Positions 38,332 through 47,159 of a stretch of 64,000 nucleotides of DNA are shown in pieces. Source of the stretch: an uncultured delta proteobacterium (GTDB taxonomy: Bacteria; Desulfobacterota; Desulfomonilia; Desulfomonilales; Desulfomonilaceae); the NCBI GenBank assembly GCA_963789265.1, contig CAWBKB010000001.1, forward strand, positions 2,016,001 through 2,080,000, in the 5' to 3' direction. Position 1 is the first letter of the stretch. Every line of letters starts with the position of its first letter. The notes under the pieces were generated by a model, which was not told the DNA's origin, did not search any database, and saw only the letters and a program-made list of their open reading frames with translations. The translations under genes were made by a program, and so were the position numbers.

Positions 38332-38521
38332 TTTTCAGTTTGGCCCCTACAGCCCCGGCTCCGAAATAATGAGCACAGTGGCGGCTGAATTCCCGTAGTT
38401 CGTCACGCACATGTTTGAATTCCCCGCGCCTCATCCGCTCTATCGTTGACCGATGGATGCCCAGCAATATGGCCACACATGGCTGGGAGCATTCAGGCGG
38501 TATGTGTCGATCGGAATCCAT
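38312..38521 (-). CDS. Hypothetical protein
   Basis: GAGG RBS; operon position. Confidence 0.5.
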   Translation of the reverse strand: MDSDRHIPPECSQPCVAILLGIHRSTIERMRRGEFKHVRDELREFSRHCAHYFGAGAVGAKLKNDDKRD

Positions 38522-38533
38522 CTCATTTCCTCG

Positions 38534-38767
38534 TCAGGCCGCGCCCTGGCCTGAGTTTTGGGTGATGTCAGGTACTCGCTCCATTAACCGCTGAAATGTC
38601 CATTCTGGGCCGAAGAATCGTTTCAACTTGCGCTCAAGGTTGCCTGGAGCACGCGTGAGCCAACCGTTTTCCAGTTTGGATAGAACCGATTGCTGCACTC
38701 CCAACTTCATCGCCAAATCCCTCTGACTGATTTGTCGTTGAAGCCGCATGAAAAGCAGGTAATTCAT
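38534..38767 (-). CDS. XRE/Cro-like HTH regulator
   Basis: ISQRDLAMKLGVQQSVLSKLENG; AGGAGG RBS. Confidence 0.85.
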   Translation of the reverse strand: MNYLLFMRLQRQISQRDLAMKLGVQQSVLSKLENGWLTRAPGNLERKLKRFFGPEWTFQRLMERVPDITQNSGQGAA

Positions 38768-38830
38768 AAGGTCCTCCTATCGTTTGGTCACACTTACTGT
38801 GACCTGGTAGACAAAAAAAGGGGCTTACCC

Positions 38831-39439
38831 TCACCGGTTTATTAAAACATCCCCTCGGTAACCGTCAGTGCGTCGCAGGGATTTTGAGACAGTACGATCC
38901 AGGGTTACCCCTAGAGTTTTTTCGATATGTCGAGCAATCGCTTTCACGGAGATGAATGTTGCGCTCATCATAACCATGCCCTGCCAGGGATTCATGCCAA
39001 GCCACGCCTTAAACGTCTCGCGCGCCACATCCAGCGGTTCCACAACCATCATGCACGTGCGCACATTTTTAGCGGTCGTATGATGTTCTTTCGGGTTCTC
39101 GCGCTTTTCGCTTGATATGGATAAAGCGATACTCACGTCATAGCCCCATGCCCGGCAGTACTCCATGACTAGAATAGGCTCCCAGGCCAACGAGAGTTGA
39201 GGTTGTTGCCGGTCCGTCGCGTGGCCGATCAGCATTTGAATATGGTCCGCCCGGTATACTCCATAATGCGAAGCCTGGACTACGATTCCTGTGAGAATGG
39301 CCTTTGGCTCAGGGAATATCATATAGCCGCGAGAATCCCTGTCCACAGGCAGGACGCCTGCATCATCCCAATGTTTGATCGTTGTGCGGCCCACTTCAGG
39401 AAAGCAGTTTTGAATGTTCTTTGGCGAAAATGTCTGCAT
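38831..39439 (-). CDS. Hypothetical protein with MerR-like N-terminal HTH
   Basis: RTTIKHWDDAGVLP..RDSRGY.IF. Confidence 0.6.
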   Translation of the reverse strand: MQTFSPKNIQNCFPEVGRTTIKHWDDAGVLPVDRDSRGYMIFPEPKAILTGIVVQASHYGVYRADHIQMLIGHATDRQQPQLSLAWEPILVMEYCRAWGYDVSIALSISSEKRENPKEHHTTAKNVRTCMMVVEPLDVARETFKAWLGMNPWQGMVMMSATFISVKAIARHIEKTLGVTLDRTVSKSLRRTDGYRGDVLINR

Positions 39440-39583
39440 AGTAACCTCGTTGTGTTCACAGTCAGTGTGACGGGAAGAGACATATAGGAGAATTTTCTGA
39501 GTGTCAACGACTTTCTATGATTTGTTTTGGGTCTATTTTATTTTTTTGCCGTCCAGCTATAGAAGCCCGCACTGACAGTGGTT

Positions 39584-39599
39584 TGGCACACTTGTTGCT
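39584..39599 (+). promoter_or_regulatory. Sigma54 -24/-12 site in the divergent control region
   Basis: TGGCACACTTGTTGCT. Confidence 0.65.
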
Positions 39600-39827
39600 G
39601 AAGGCTGTCAACGCAGATTTTAGGCAGTAATACCTTGAAATGTTTCGAGCGCTAGCAAACAACTACCAAGTCACCTCTCCAAACCCCTGCATGGAAGCCC
39701 ATAAGTGGCACCCTGCATGAAGAAAACAACTACCAGCCATTTCGCAGCGTCCATGATGTCCAATAATCTCGCGCGGTTATAAGGCCGCGGAGTGCATCAT
39801 TTATTTGAAATCATTACCATTTTGGGC

Positions 39828-39856
39828 TTGACTCGTCGCGCGCGGAAAGATATCAT
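39828..39856 (+). promoter_or_regulatory. Sigma70 promoter
   Basis: TTGACT-N17-TATCAT. Confidence 0.6.
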
Positions 39857-40004
39857 GCCCCCCATCTGCATCCAAAATCGCAATCCCCTCCCTTGTATCA
39901 GACTGGTACTCAGGTCCTATACTATAAACCGCAAAAGCCCCCGTTGGAGACAGGAGCTCCGTCGAGGGCTGATGCCACACCTATGCGTCAAAGGAAGGTG
40001 CAGC

Positions 40005-40472
40005 ATGGCAATAATCTATCGTTTCTCGAGCCGCGAAGCAATTTCAAAAGAAGCGCGGCCCACAACGCCATACGTTCCCCCTTGGGAGCAATACTCGCCC
40101 GTACGAAGGGTTATTTTGCCAGACTTTTTCTATCCGGATGTTGAGGTTGTTCGCCGGCAAGATTCTGGGTGCAAACTTGACTACAAAGGTTTCTACTTCC
40201 GATTGATAGTCTGTAAAAAGCCCGGAGAGAGCATCAGAGCGTTTTGCAAGAGAACTGGATATAGCAAGTCAGCGTTCTATCATTTGAGGCAAAATCCAAG
40301 TTCAGTTGCTTCAAACAGGCGTGTAAATCCAAAACTGGCCGACAACCTGGGGGTCGATCCAGGCTGGCTCGAATTGGGGTTGGATTTTGGCCCGCTGCGC
40401 GAGCGAGGTAAATGGCCGCACGTTGAACTGGCGCAAACCGCCGTACCCTCAAAAGTTCGATCCCTGCAATAA
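40005..40472 (+). CDS. HTH-containing putative regulator (paralog 1)
   Basis: AAGGAAGG RBS; SIRAFCKRTGYSKSAFYHL ... LADNLGVDPGWL (XRE-like). Confidence 0.6.
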   Translation: MAIIYRFSSREAISKEARPTTPYVPPWEQYSPVRRVILPDFFYPDVEVVRRQDSGCKLDYKGFYFRLIVCKKPGESIRAFCKRTGYSKSAFYHLRQNPSSVASNRRVNPKLADNLGVDPGWLELGLDFGPLRERGKWPHVELAQTAVPSKVRSLQ

Positions 40473-40537
40473 TTTCTTAACTCCCCGGTCTGCCTGGGCC
40501 GGGGTCCACACTGCCTATGCATAAAGGAAGGTGTAGC

Positions 40538-40869
40538 ATGTCAAAGTCTATCGTTTCCAAGGAAGCAAAACAAACTGTTCTTCGCGAAAGCGCCGATTAC
40601 CGAATAAGCCATTACTCTATAGAGGAACTCCGCGAATGCGGAGAGAAATTGAGGGCACTCCTGAACGAGATACTCCCTGGCAGGACGGTTCCGAACTGGG
40701 CGCAAGCGCTGGGGGTGAGCGAAAATTTGCTTTTAAGGGTTTCTGGGGGGCACAAAAGGCTTCACGATAACCGACATGTTGAGCGTCACCCAAGGCTTAG
40801 TCCGTCTCAGTACTCCGGCGTGGGACGTGGCAAGTTGGTGGTGGGTCGGCCCCGCTGCGGAGGAGGTGA
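40538..40869 (+). CDS. HTH-containing putative regulator (paralog 2); probable +1 frameshift near 40755
   Basis: Same leader as paralog 1; WAQALGVSENLL; corrected C-terminus ...GPLRRR resembles GPLRER of paralog 1. Confidence 0.5.
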
Positions 40870-41092
40870 GATTGTGGAGAGCTCGCGAAACCGATTCTGA
40901 GGAAGTTCCCGTGCCAGTGCAGTAACCTTTACATCCCCGCTCTTCGGGGCGGGGACCCTCCCTCCCCCGTACCCGATCAGCATACGAAATTCCCGATTTT
41001 GACAAATAGTGCTACGATTACCCTCCGGGCGATCCCCGATCCGGCCGGCGCCGGGGAAGTGAGAAGGTGGGGCGTAACACGATCTCCAATGG

Positions 41093-41419
41093 CTACAGAG
41101 AGAGCACACAGAGGTCGTTGTTCTTGGGCCGGGGCTTCACGGTACGCTTAATCTCCGCTTCCATTCGATCCTCTGCCATGTCCAGGTCGTACCGCGCCTG
41201 TGCGTTCAACCAAAACTGCGGAGTGGTCCTGAAATACCGCCCCAGCCGCATGGCCGTGTCTGCCGTGACGCTGCACTTGCCGTTGAGAATACGATTTACG
41301 GTTGAAACACTAATCCTCAGAGCTTCGGCAAGCTTGTGCTGAGTCAAGCCCAAAGGGTCCATGAATAGTTCCTTTAGTGTCTCGCCCGGGTGAATAGGCG
41401 GTAATTTTCTCGTTTTCAT
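41093..41419 (-). CDS. higA: HigA-family antitoxin
   Basis: PPIHPGE.L, TADTAMRL.RYF.TTPQFWLNAQ.RYDL. Confidence 0.92.
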   Translation of the reverse strand: MKTRKLPPIHPGETLKELFMDPLGLTQHKLAEALRISVSTVNRILNGKCSVTADTAMRLGRYFRTTPQFWLNAQARYDLDMAEDRMEAEIKRTVKPRPKNNDLCVLSL

Positions 41420-41461
41420 AATGTTTTTTCCTATAGATTCTATAATATATTTGTTTCATAC

Positions 41462-41740
41462 TCAGTGATAATCGACCAGTTCTAGATCGTGAATGTATCC
41501 ATCCTTCCAAGCGAAGCACAATCGCCAGTTGCCACTGACCCGTAAGCTATGCTGACCCCTCCGCTGCCCCTTCAATGCCTCCAGCCCCCCACCGGGAATA
41601 GCGGCCAAGTCTTCCAGGCGCACAGCATCTTGCATCGCTCCAAGCAACAGCCTAAGTCTCCTGTGAAGGTGCTCAGGACTCCTTGAATGCTTCCGGTTAG
41701 ACAGCTTCTCCAGTTCCTTGTCTGCAACGCTCTTAATCAT
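41462..41740 (-). CDS. higB: HigB (RelE/ParE-family) toxin, probably leaderless
   Basis: MIKS..DK, LEALKG.R.GQHSLRV..NWRLCF.W, VDYH; TTGCAT-N17-TATGAT ends 6 nt before the ATG. Confidence 0.9.
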   Translation of the reverse strand: MIKSVADKELEKLSNRKHSRSPEHLHRRLRLLLGAMQDAVRLEDLAAIPGGGLEALKGQRRGQHSLRVSGNWRLCFAWKDGYIHDLELVDYH

Positions 41741-41806
41741 GTATATATCATATTGCGCAACGCGGGACAATGCAAGTTCAAAAATGAAAGACATCCAATC
41801 GGCAGG

Positions 41807-42043
41807 CTACCACCCCTTATTCCACCACGGCCCGATCTGCCAGAACGATGTAACCCCTTCTCTGCGGTTGAAAACGGGGAATCCGGCCGCCCGGAGTGCT
41901 TCCAGGTCCCGGTAAATCGTTCGGTATTTTGCCTCGAGTACCCGACAGAGTTCTTCCACCTGGCAACCCGATGGATTTGCCGACAGGTAGCGGACCAGCT
42001 TCCACTGACGAATTAGTGATGTGTTTGGGTGGTCTTTTGCCAT
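41807..42043 (-). CDS. Stand-alone winged-HTH of the WYL-regulator N-terminal type
   Basis: ELC..LE...RTIYRDLEAL.AAGFPV; no WYL domain follows. Confidence 0.7.
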   Translation of the reverse strand: MAKDHPNTSLIRQWKLVRYLSANPSGCQVEELCRVLEAKYRTIYRDLEALRAAGFPVFNRREGVTSFWQIGPWWNKGW

Positions 42044-42057
42044 GGTACGATAGGCAG

Positions 42058-42567
42058 TTAATTATCGTGTTGCGTCTCGCTTGCTTGCTTCCCCTGGAAG
42101 TCGAGAATCCAATCCGTGAGTTTTGAGCGGTCTACCAATTCGCAGCCGTTCGATTGCGCCAGGGTTCGGGCTCCCTTTGTGAAAAGGCTGTTCGTCACAA
42201 CCTGCGCCTCGCTGCATTTATAGTAGGTCTTTCCTGCTACCGCGTCCGATATTGCCCTTCGACTCACCGATTTACCGTGACGCTTGCATTGAATCGCAGT
42301 TCTGGTGCCGTTCGATACTGCTATGAGGTCAACGCCAAGGTCACCGCTGTCAGGCGTAAATTGTACCCGCTTCCCCTGATGCTGGAGCAAACGTGCAACG
42401 TAATTCTCAAACTCGCGCCCGCTCATGAGATCGACCCTGGAAATGTCCAGAGCCCTTATCCTTCGCTCTATCCTCCGCCGTTGCTTCACGCCCCTCCAAA
42501 CGCCCCAGGCGACCACGAGTACTATGCCGAGTAAGAAGAGAAGAGTCAATAAGCTGCTGTCGTCCAT
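42058..42567 (-). CDS. Membrane-anchored Mrr-family restriction endonuclease
   Basis: N-terminal TM; MSGREFE, GDLGVDL, IQCKR, VTNS.FT..A..LA. Confidence 0.85.
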   Translation of the reverse strand: MDDSSLLTLLFLLGIVLVVAWGVWRGVKQRRRIERRIRALDISRVDLMSGREFENYVARLLQHQGKRVQFTPDSGDLGVDLIAVSNGTRTAIQCKRHGKSVSRRAISDAVAGKTYYKCSEAQVVTNSLFTKGARTLAQSNGCELVDRSKLTDWILDFQGKQASETQHDN

Positions 42568-42640
42568 CTGAGCCCCCCTGAATAAAGTTACGACTCCGCG
42601 CGAACGCAATCAAGAGAAATCTGTGTCGCCTCAACTGCCT

Positions 42641-42950
42641 TCACAGGACCCGCGTGGTTGCGATTTCAGGCGAGAGATAGGGATTGATGCCCGGAGAGCC
42701 TGAACCTCGCTGAGATTTGACTACACGGAGCCAGTGGCGCACCTTCTTGGCTACCTTCTGTTCACTGAACATGCAGAGAAGAATTAGACCGTCCAGGGTG
42801 AAGTACCGTTCGCGAGTCGGAGGACGATGTACATCATGTGTAGGCGATACGCCTATTCGAGTGGAATTATAGTCGAATCCGGCCCGTATCAGCCAGGATG
42901 TTTATTTGGGTGCAATCATTGTCGAATTCGTCCTTATGGGTTTTGAGCCC
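42641..42950 (-). pseudogene. Degenerate Bro-N/antirepressor-like fragment
   Basis: HKDEFDNDCTQ in one frame, RYFTLDGLILLCMFSEQKVAKKVRHWL in the next; no start found. Confidence 0.5.
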
Positions 42951-43051
42951 AGCCGCAACGAGAAACGACCGGGCTCTTGCCCTGGCTCGGAAGGGTTTGA
43001 CCAGGGCGCCCAGGCCGCCGAAAACTACTTGGAAAACGGCGGCCTATCGAG

Positions 43052-43121
43052 TTATCCACAACCCTCCGGGGGACCGAGAAGTTATCCACAGGTTACTTCC
43101 GGGAGGGAAAAGTTATCAACA
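43052..43121 (+). promoter_or_regulatory. Three phased DnaA boxes
   Basis: TTATCCACA at 43052 and 43082; TTATCAACA at 43113. Confidence 0.75.
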
Positions 43122-43158
43122 GCCCCTGCCTCCGCAGGAGGTGCGAAAAAATTACGCA

Positions 43159-44175
43159 TCATGAGTACGAAACCTCCGTGGGATCATTGGTGGAGACGAT
43201 TTTGGGGGCGTTGTAGGCAGCATAACGAAGAAAATAATTGGCGAGTCGATCCCGAACCGCTTGAAAAAATTCTGAGATGTCGATCTTGGGTTTTTCTTGG
43301 ATTATGTGCCGCGTTCCTTGCAAGAGTCCTGCTGCCCCATTCACCACAAACTGTGTCTCGCCTGCTGTCAAAATGATGCAGTTGTTATCAGCGTCCAGGA
43401 TGATCGAGGGGCCAATATCCTGATTCTCTTTTGCGGACAGGATCATGACCCGTCCCTTGTCATCTTGCGCCCATCTGTAGATTCCTTGCCCGTTGAGATC
43501 AACCTCGCCAGTGATCGCGACTCCGCCGGCGATCAGTTCAGAGGGCTTCCAGGAGGTTCCTGCCATAACGGATTTAACGCCTCGAACCTCGCCTTTGCGG
43601 TACTTGCTCTCGTCGTTCTTTTGCTCCTGCTGGTCTTCCGTTTGGCCGGGCGCCACCGAAAAATGTCCTGCCCCTGTCCAATCCAGCAATGCTAGAGTTT
43701 CTGCTTTGCCGTTGTCATCCATCAGGAGGGTATGGCCGGCCTCGCTCTTCAGGAGTCTTATGCGAGTACCCTGGCGCACATCATTATCGCTGTAGACCTT
43801 AGCTTCCGCGGGAATCATCTCCGATTTGTCATCCTTAGAAGCGTTCCACGCAGAGAACGGGAAGACAATCGGGCTCGCATAATAGTCACCGCCAGGGAAG
43901 GCCACAGTAACGAGTTCCTTCGGGACAGGGCACCACCACATTCCCATGTCGCCATTACCGGCCGAACCGCCCATCGGCAACCAGGACATTTCGCACCAGT
44001 TCGACCAATTCCTGTAGTCTCCGTCTTCGAGCAGGCTTCGGATCTCAACTCGGACGCGACCTTTTCGTAACGGGTCTTTCAGGTCCTTGACGACTCCCAC
44101 GTGGCAACTTGCACCTTGGAGAATGTGGTGCGCCTCGCGCGGAATCGGGATTTTATTTTGTCGGGGGTCCGTCAT
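43159..44175 (-). CDS. Phage baseplate spike protein (gpV/Gp5 OB-fold, VgrG-like)
   Basis: GVV...DP..KGRVRV, WC, GMWW.P...E.V.VAF.GGD...PIV, followed by beta repeats KSEAGHTLLMDD. Confidence 0.8.
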   Translation of the reverse strand: MTDPRQNKIPIPREAHHILQGASCHVGVVKDLKDPLRKGRVRVEIRSLLEDGDYRNWSNWCEMSWLPMGGSAGNGDMGMWWCPVPKELVTVAFPGGDYYASPIVFPFSAWNASKDDKSEMIPAEAKVYSDNDVRQGTRIRLLKSEAGHTLLMDDNGKAETLALLDWTGAGHFSVAPGQTEDQQEQKNDESKYRKGEVRGVKSVMAGTSWKPSELIAGGVAITGEVDLNGQGIYRWAQDDKGRVMILSAKENQDIGPSIILDADNNCIILTAGETQFVVNGAAGLLQGTRHIIQEKPKIDISEFFQAVRDRLANYFLRYAAYNAPKIVSTNDPTEVSYS

Positions 44176-44272
44176 TGGATTGCACTCCTTAGAAGAAAAT
44201 CCCGCCCCACGGCCATAGGAATGGTTGAGACTCCGGGAGGCGGGCCTATCCGCCTGACGAGCGGGTAAAACG

Positions 44273-44650
44273 TTAAAATTCCAAAGTTTCGACTGGTTGT
44301 CCTACGTCGGTTGCGTGTGTAATCGCCATGCCATGTTTGACCTGACCATCGGCAACCGGAAAAACGGCATTCCCAGCGCCAAAACAGAAGGGGCCGACTG
44401 GTACGGCAGCGCCACTAACCCTCGTGCGCCTCAACACGAAGCTTGATACCACCACGCATGTTTCGGGATCTAAGCAGCCGTAATTGCTGGCTGAATGCCG
44501 TGAAATCACTTCACCGACAACATTTGCACTCCCCTGGCTAGAAATCGGTTGCACCGACATGTCGCCGATGATTTCAACGATGTCTCCTGCCTGAGTCTCT
44601 GGCGTGCATGTGAACATGTCAGACAGCGGTTCACCTGCGACTTTATTCAT
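44273..44650 (-). CDS. Putative capsid decoration/cement protein (DUF2190-like)
   Basis: 125 aa, beta-rich: AGDIVEI, VVGEV, GAAVPVG, GMAITHATDVGQPVE. Confidence 0.45.
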   Translation of the reverse strand: MNKVAGEPLSDMFTCTPETQAGDIVEIIGDMSVQPISSQGSANVVGEVISRHSASNYGCLDPETCVVVSSFVLRRTRVSGAAVPVGPFCFGAGNAVFPVADGQVKHGMAITHATDVGQPVETLEF

Positions 44651-44858
44651 TTTGCCCCCCGATCTTGACCCATCCTTTTGTAGCCAACTTTTGCACCGCC
44701 TCTCGAATGTCTTCCTCCATGAGCCTATCAGCAGCATCCTTCTTTCGGTTTGCCATCTCAAGTTCCGTATCCCGCGGGCCCGCTCCGTCTGTGCAGTGCT
44801 CGAAGCTGAACACCGTTTCGCCGTCGATCACTTCAGCATGTGGTATTGTCGCATTCAT
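44643..44858 (-). CDS. Hypothetical protein
   Basis: Translationally coupled within the operon. Confidence 0.5.
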   Translation of the reverse strand: MNATIPHAEVIDGETVFSFEHCTDGAGPRDTELEMANRKKDAADRLMEEDIREAVQKLATKGWVKIGGQNE

Positions 44859-45011
44859 CGGTTGTTTCTCCTCGCCTTGGCCACGTTCCGATAGTAGGTA
44901 CGGCGCTCTTCCAGCAGATCCACGTCCTGACAGGTCTCAATGTGGCGTCTGGTCCTTAATCTCTTCACGGCTGAGCTTCAACTGAACATTAACGCTGTCA
45001 GCTTTGAGCAT
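44855..45011 (-). CDS. Small hypothetical protein (extra base near 44950)
   Basis: Overlaps both neighbours; reads MLKADSVNVQL...ERRTYYRNVAKARRNNR when corrected. Confidence 0.4.
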
Positions 45012-45805
45012 CAGGCAACCTCGGCTTTGGCCAGCGCCGCCTCAGCCCGCGGAAGGTATGCTCTTATGGCGGCCCGGACCATGCACTCATCTTCATCCGC
45101 TCCACTCGGTAGCCGCGTGCTCAGACCCCATGGCATCGACCATGTGTAACGGGTTATCTCCCCCTTGCTCCTGTCAAGCTCACCGCCGAGCGGCCGTAAG
45201 GTGTCACCGGCTTTACGTTTGGATAGAAAACCCATCACGGCCGTCTCTAAATGTTTTTCCAGACAACCGCCCAGGTCGCGGAGTCGTTCCAAATCATTCA
45301 TATACACATTAAGATGGAATCCGACCCGGCGACCGGAAAACATCGGCCGAATGTGGCCGCAATGAGCTTTGGCATACTTTTTGACAGCGGCCCTCATGAA
45401 AAATGCCCTCTCGTCCGGCTGAACCGGCAAAAACTCGTCTGCCAAGTCGCTGGGGACAACCCAGATGTAATTCGTGCACTGCTCAGACGCCCGGAAATTA
45501 GGCACGTTCAGCTTACCCTCAGTGAACACCGACTCGGGGCTCTTCGGCTGGTAATCTCTCACAGCGGCCCAGAAATGGTCCGACAGAGGATCGTCTAGTT
45601 CCCTGAACTTCTCGAAATAGCTGTTTTCGTACGCGACCATAATCCTGGTCAGACCCGGCACCCGAGGCGGCTCTACCGGCTCCGGCAACTGCGCCGCATA
45701 GAATGATACCGCTTTCTCAGCCGCATCCACAATGTGGCCCGTGGCCGCCAACCTCCGGTAATCTTCGTCCGAAACTCGTAATACCAAACCCAAATCGTGC
45801 GCCAT
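45011..45805 (-). CDS. Hypothetical protein with ~5 tandem ribbon-helix-helix-like units
   Basis: AGGAGG RBS; repeated beta-helix-helix units ending AV/AI..Y/F. Confidence 0.6.
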   Translation of the reverse strand: MAHDLGLVLRVSDEDYRRLAATGHIVDAAEKAVSFYAAQLPEPVEPPRVPGLTRIMVAYENSYFEKFRELDDPLSDHFWAAVRDYQPKSPESVFTEGKLNVPNFRASEQCTNYIWVVPSDLADEFLPVQPDERAFFMRAAVKKYAKAHCGHIRPMFSGRRVGFHLNVYMNDLERLRDLGGCLEKHLETAVMGFLSKRKAGDTLRPLGGELDRSKGEITRYTWSMPWGLSTRLPSGADEDECMVRAAIRAYLPRAEAALAKAEVA

Positions 45806-46102
45806 AAAGCCTCCTGAAAAAACCCAATAATGGTTGACTGCTCATTATCAAAGACTCGCTCGATGTCAAGGAAAATTAACCGCGCAAGTTAATCCAGTTT
45901 AATACGTTTAATGAGTTAAGAGAAAAAATATCAAAAACGGCATATACGGGGGAGAGATTGCCCTAAAATCGCCGACCCCGGGGGGGGGCCTTTTCAGACA
46001 TAGGGGGGGGTATACTTGTGGTACCATCGCGCCACGCTTGGTGTTTCAGTGCGGGGTGAGCTTGTGCGGTGAAACTTCTATCGTGCTCTGGTCTGTTGTA
46101 GA

Positions 46103-46420
46103 TCAACTCTCGTCGTCGTCGTCCAGCGCTGCCTTCGCTACGAACGCGTCAATCCTTTTGATCAACGGCTCCCAGCTTTGCGGCATGTATCCGTCCAAAC
46201 ACGCCATGATCATGAGGTTTATTCCCTCGGTTATAGCCTCCCGAGCTTCAACGAGAAGGGAAATTGCATCGTCGGTGCCTTCCCCGAGATATCCATCAAG
46301 GGCCTTTTGGCGGTTGGCGGGTAACTGAGCAACCAGCTTTTTCAATTCGATCATTGCCGGGTGCTTCGAGATGTCTCCGGGCTTTTTGCGAACGTTGGTT
46401 CCATCGTTTGCATTTTTCAT
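46103..46420 (-). CDS. Hypothetical protein
   Basis: ATGA overlap with the serine recombinase; GGAGG RBS. Confidence 0.6.
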   Translation of the reverse strand: MKNANDGTNVRKKPGDISKHPAMIELKKLVAQLPANRQKALDGYLGEGTDDAISLLVEAREAITEGINLMIMACLDGYMPQSWEPLIKRIDAFVAKAALDDDDES

Positions 46421-47121
46421 GCGGCCCTCCTGTAAATCTTGGCAACCAGGACATCCGACCATACAGCGCCAGTCCGGGTCTGATAACCTTCCTGGTTCAA
46501 TTCCCGCGCTATCGCCCTGAATCCATGTCCATCTGCTTTGAGCTCGTGAATACGTGCAATGATCTTCTGCTCGGTAGGCTCCGGGACCAATACTTTGAGC
46601 GGTCGATCTTTGCCGGCCTGAACCTTTTCTTCAACCCCGAATCCAAAAGGAACATGACCGCCTGTCTTCTCGTTCCGCTCTTGCTTGTCTTTCATGATGG
46701 CCAGGGTGCGCTCACTCGTCACGTCACGTTCGAACTGAGCAAAGGCGCTCATCATACTGAAAAACAACTTACCTGCGGCACTGGTAGTGTCGATGGACTC
46801 GCTGACACTGATGAAGTCCCGGCCCAGCTTGTTCAACTTCTCAGCCGTTGCAATAGAATCCTGAGTCGAACGGAAAGCTCGGTCTAGTTTGAACACGATC
46901 AGACCGGCAACTTTGCCACTGTAAACCTCATCTAGGCAGGCTTTGAATCCGTGGCGTAGGTGGATACTCTTAGCGGATACACCGTCGTCGTAATAGATGC
47001 AGTTCAGTTCGAGGCCCTTGGCCTGAGCATAGGCTGAGATTCGCTCGCCCTGCATTTTCAAGGACAAGCCGTCTTTGGCCTGCTTCGCGCTGCTCACCCG
47101 AACATAACCGTTGACTTTCAT
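46417..47121 (-). CDS. Serine recombinase (resolvase family with recombinase-domain C-terminus)
   Basis: YVRVSS, DDGVSA, FKLDRAFR, DTTSAAG, AQFER...ERT, GGHVPFGF. Confidence 0.92.
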   Translation of the reverse strand: MKVNGYVRVSSAKQAKDGLSLKMQGERISAYAQAKGLELNCIYYDDGVSAKSIHLRHGFKACLDEVYSGKVAGLIVFKLDRAFRSTQDSIATAEKLNKLGRDFISVSESIDTTSAAGKLFFSMMSAFAQFERDVTSERTLAIMKDKQERNEKTGGHVPFGFGVEEKVQAGKDRPLKVLVPEPTEQKIIARIHELKADGHGFRAIARELNQEGYQTRTGAVWSDVLVAKIYRRAA

Positions 47122-47159
47122 AATCCATCCTCCCTTTTCTTTCGTCTACCCCTCTATAC

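Noticed and set aside
43040..43130. CRISPR-like mini array
   Set aside because: The repeat is only ~11 bp (a DnaA box), the spacers resemble each other, and there are no cas genes.
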